In this document: positions 31,023 through 32,401 of the stretch, in pieces
Layout: each line of letters opens with the position of its first letter
Numbering within the stretch: position 1 is the first letter of the stretch
Assembly (NCBI GenBank): GCA_015521945.1
Contig: WANG01000187.1
Span: forward strand, 1 to 32,401
Length of the DNA: 32,401 nt
Reading direction: 5' to 3'
Source of the DNA: Candidatus Hydrothermarchaeota archaeon
GTDB taxonomy: Archaea; Hydrothermarchaeota; Hydrothermarchaeia; Hydrothermarchaeales; BMS3B
Program-made: the position numbers and the translations under genes
The notes under the pieces: model-generated
The model's database searches: none
What the model was told of the DNA's origin: nothing
The model's input: the letters and a program-made list of their open reading frames with translations, nothing else

Positions 31023-32076
31023 CAGCCGGGTAGCTCCCCAGCACCCTGAGCATCGCCACCCTGCCCCTCAGCACCTCCAGCAGCTCCTCAATCTCCCTGC
31101 TCCTGCGGTGCCCCTCAAAGTCTATGAAGAACAGGTAATCCCCCAGGGCACGCCTTGAGGGTCTTGACTCAATCCTGGTGAGGTTCACCCCGCGCTCCGC
31201 GAACACCTCCAGCACCCTGTAGAGCGCCCCTGGTTTGTCCCTCAGCGCCAGCACCACCGAGGTCTTGTCCCTGCCCGTCGGCGCATGGTCGGTAGAAGAG
31301 ACTATGAAGAAGCGCGTCTGATTCCCGTCCACATCCTGTACGTTCTCCCTGAGCACCGCCAGCCCGTAGATATCCGCAGCCCTCCTCGGAGCTATGGCGG
31401 CGGCATCCCTGAGCCCCTTCTCCCGTATCTCCCTGCAGGCATCGGCGGTGCTTGCGGTGTTCTGGGTGGTGGCGCCGAGGCTTGAGATGAACCCCCTGCA
31501 CTGGGCAAGAGCCTGGGGGTGGGACATCACCCTGCGCACCTGCTCAAGCCTCACCCCCGGCAGTGCGAGCAGGCAGTGGTTTACATCCAGCACCACCTCA
31601 GAGTAAATCCTCACCTCACTCCTCATCAGCATCTCCAGGGTCAGCCCCACGCTGCCCTCCACCGAGTTCTCCACGGGCACCACCCCGTACTCCACCTCCC
31701 CCCGCTCAACCATCTCAATAACCTCCTGAATCGTGGGCGCCGTCACCAGCTCAGGAGAGCTCATGAACCTCAGCGCCGCCTCCTCCGAGAAGGTTCCCCT
31801 GGGTCCCAGGATGGCCACCTTCCCCTGCCTCTGGGCACGCTTGCTCTCCAGGATAATCCTCTCAAAGATATCCCTTACAAACTCCCCGCTTAGCTCGCCC
31901 GCATTCTCCAGCGCCCTCTCAATAACCCGCCTCTCCCTCTCCGCATCCTCAATCCTCATCCCGGCTCTGAGCTTCTGCCTGCCCAGCTCCTTCGCTATCC
32001 TCAGCCTCTCCTGAAGAAGCCTGAGAATCTCCCGGTCAATGCGGTCTATCTCCCTTCTCAGCTCCTCAATACCCAT
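31015..32076 (-). CDS. pheA: Bifunctional chorismate mutase / prephenate dehydratase with ACT domain
   Basis: The CM type II helix reads IEELRREIDRIDREILRLLQERLRIAKELGRQK, the PDT domain VAILGPRGTFSEEAA, and the ACT domain TSVVLALRDKPGALYRVLEVFAERGVNLTRIESRP. The start was set at ATG 32076, about 8 nt after an AAGGAGTGG SD-like element; the track starts at GTG 32085. Confidence 0.9.
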   Translation of the reverse strand: MGIEELRREIDRIDREILRLLQERLRIAKELGRQKLRAGMRIEDAERERRVIERALENAGELSGEFVRDIFERIILESKRAQRQGKVAILGPRGTFSEEAALRFMSSPELVTAPTIQEVIEMVERGEVEYGVVPVENSVEGSVGLTLEMLMRSEVRIYSEVVLDVNHCLLALPGVRLEQVRRVMSHPQALAQCRGFISSLGATTQNTASTADACREIREKGLRDAAAIAPRRAADIYGLAVLRENVQDVDGNQTRFFIVSSTDHAPTGRDKTSVVLALRDKPGALYRVLEVFAERGVNLTRIESRPSRRALGDYLFFIDFEGHRRSREIEELLEVLRGRVAMLRVLGSYPAGA

Positions 32077-32102
32077 TTCAACCACTCCTTTGCGGCGGCG
32101 GC

Positions 32103-32401
32103 TTAAAAATTTTGGGGCACCGGGAAGGTGCTGCCCAGCACCTCCCTCCTCAGGGCCTTGAGCCCCTTCATCACCTCTCCCCTGCTCCTCCCCCTGACAA
32201 TCAGGGTAGCCAGGGGCTCACCCGCCTCAACCACCGCGTTCCTGACCGGCACATCGCTGCACACGCCAAGAAGGCACCTGCGAACCAGCACCCTGCGGGG
32301 CGCAAAGAGGGTCAGCCTGGCGCACACCCTCTCTGCAGTAGGCATGCCCTCGGGCAGCTCCCCCTCGCTCGCAGCTATGTGCGCCTCCACCACCCCAACC
32401 C
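32103..32401 (-). CDS. C-terminal part of an unidentified protein; reading frame stays open to the right edge of the window
   Basis: The frame is open from 32401 down to the stop at 32103 (...VVEAHIAASEGELPEGMPTAERV...LIVRGRSRGEVMKGLKALRREVLG...), with G+C-rich third positions like its neighbours. I recognise no motif. Confidence 0.35.
   Translation of the reverse strand, partial: VGVVEAHIAASEGELPEGMPTAERVCARLTLFAPRRVLVRRCLLGVCSDVPVRNAVVEAGEPLATLIVRGRSRGEVMKGLKALRREVLGSTFPVPQNF

Noticed and set aside
1-32401. Scan for CRISPR arrays, rRNA or tRNA genes, transposases or integrases, and inteins
   Set aside because: I found no regularly spaced direct repeats. The only non-coding gaps over 100 nt (1296-1415 and 13160-13449) do not fold into a cloverleaf by eye. 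There are no DDE or tyrosine-recombinase motifs. MCM (678 aa), IleRS (1035 aa) and GluRS (560 aa) have canonical lengths, leaving no room for inteins.

Overview
This is a 32.4 kb, very gene-dense, high-G+C archaeal chromosomal segment. Its gene content looks euryarchaeal and its protein composition is E/R/V/L-rich, as in thermophiles. All family calls come from motif recognition by eye; no searches were run.

The core genes are mostly housekeeping. They are a short beta-CASP/MBL nuclease, ileS, a DegT-type aminotransferase, a YqgF/RuvX-like RNase H-fold protein and a CbiA/CfbB a,c-diamide synthase. Next come a partial A-type ATPase cluster (atpI-atpK-atpC only) and pycB. A TtuA/NcsA thiolase follows with an overlapping GG-ended ubiquitin-like protein, then archaeal ribC. 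There is also a CcsA/CcmF-like heme-handling membrane protein.

One tight minus-strand operon runs membrane protein, rhomboid, MCM, RPA32-like OB/wH protein, DUF424. A tandem-duplicated wH regulator lies beside it. A second long minus-strand operon runs pheA, ASKHA-fold unknown, mvk, ipk, fni, RNase J, gltX.

Two visibly lower-G+C islets interrupt this core. The first (nt 1-1300) holds a truncated DNA methylase. Divergent from it is a 321-aa protein that looks like a PUA/EVE-type reader domain fused to a NucS-type PD-(D/E)xK nuclease, behind a GATC-dense repeat-rich promoter. This is my best candidate for an undescribed defence or restriction module. The second (nt 13160-14330) lies exactly where the ATPase operon breaks off. 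It holds an intact MNT nucleotidyltransferase and a decayed HEPN toxin.

I saw no rRNA, tRNA, CRISPR array or transposase. Many long ORFs in the track are antisense shadows of real genes, as expected at this G+C.
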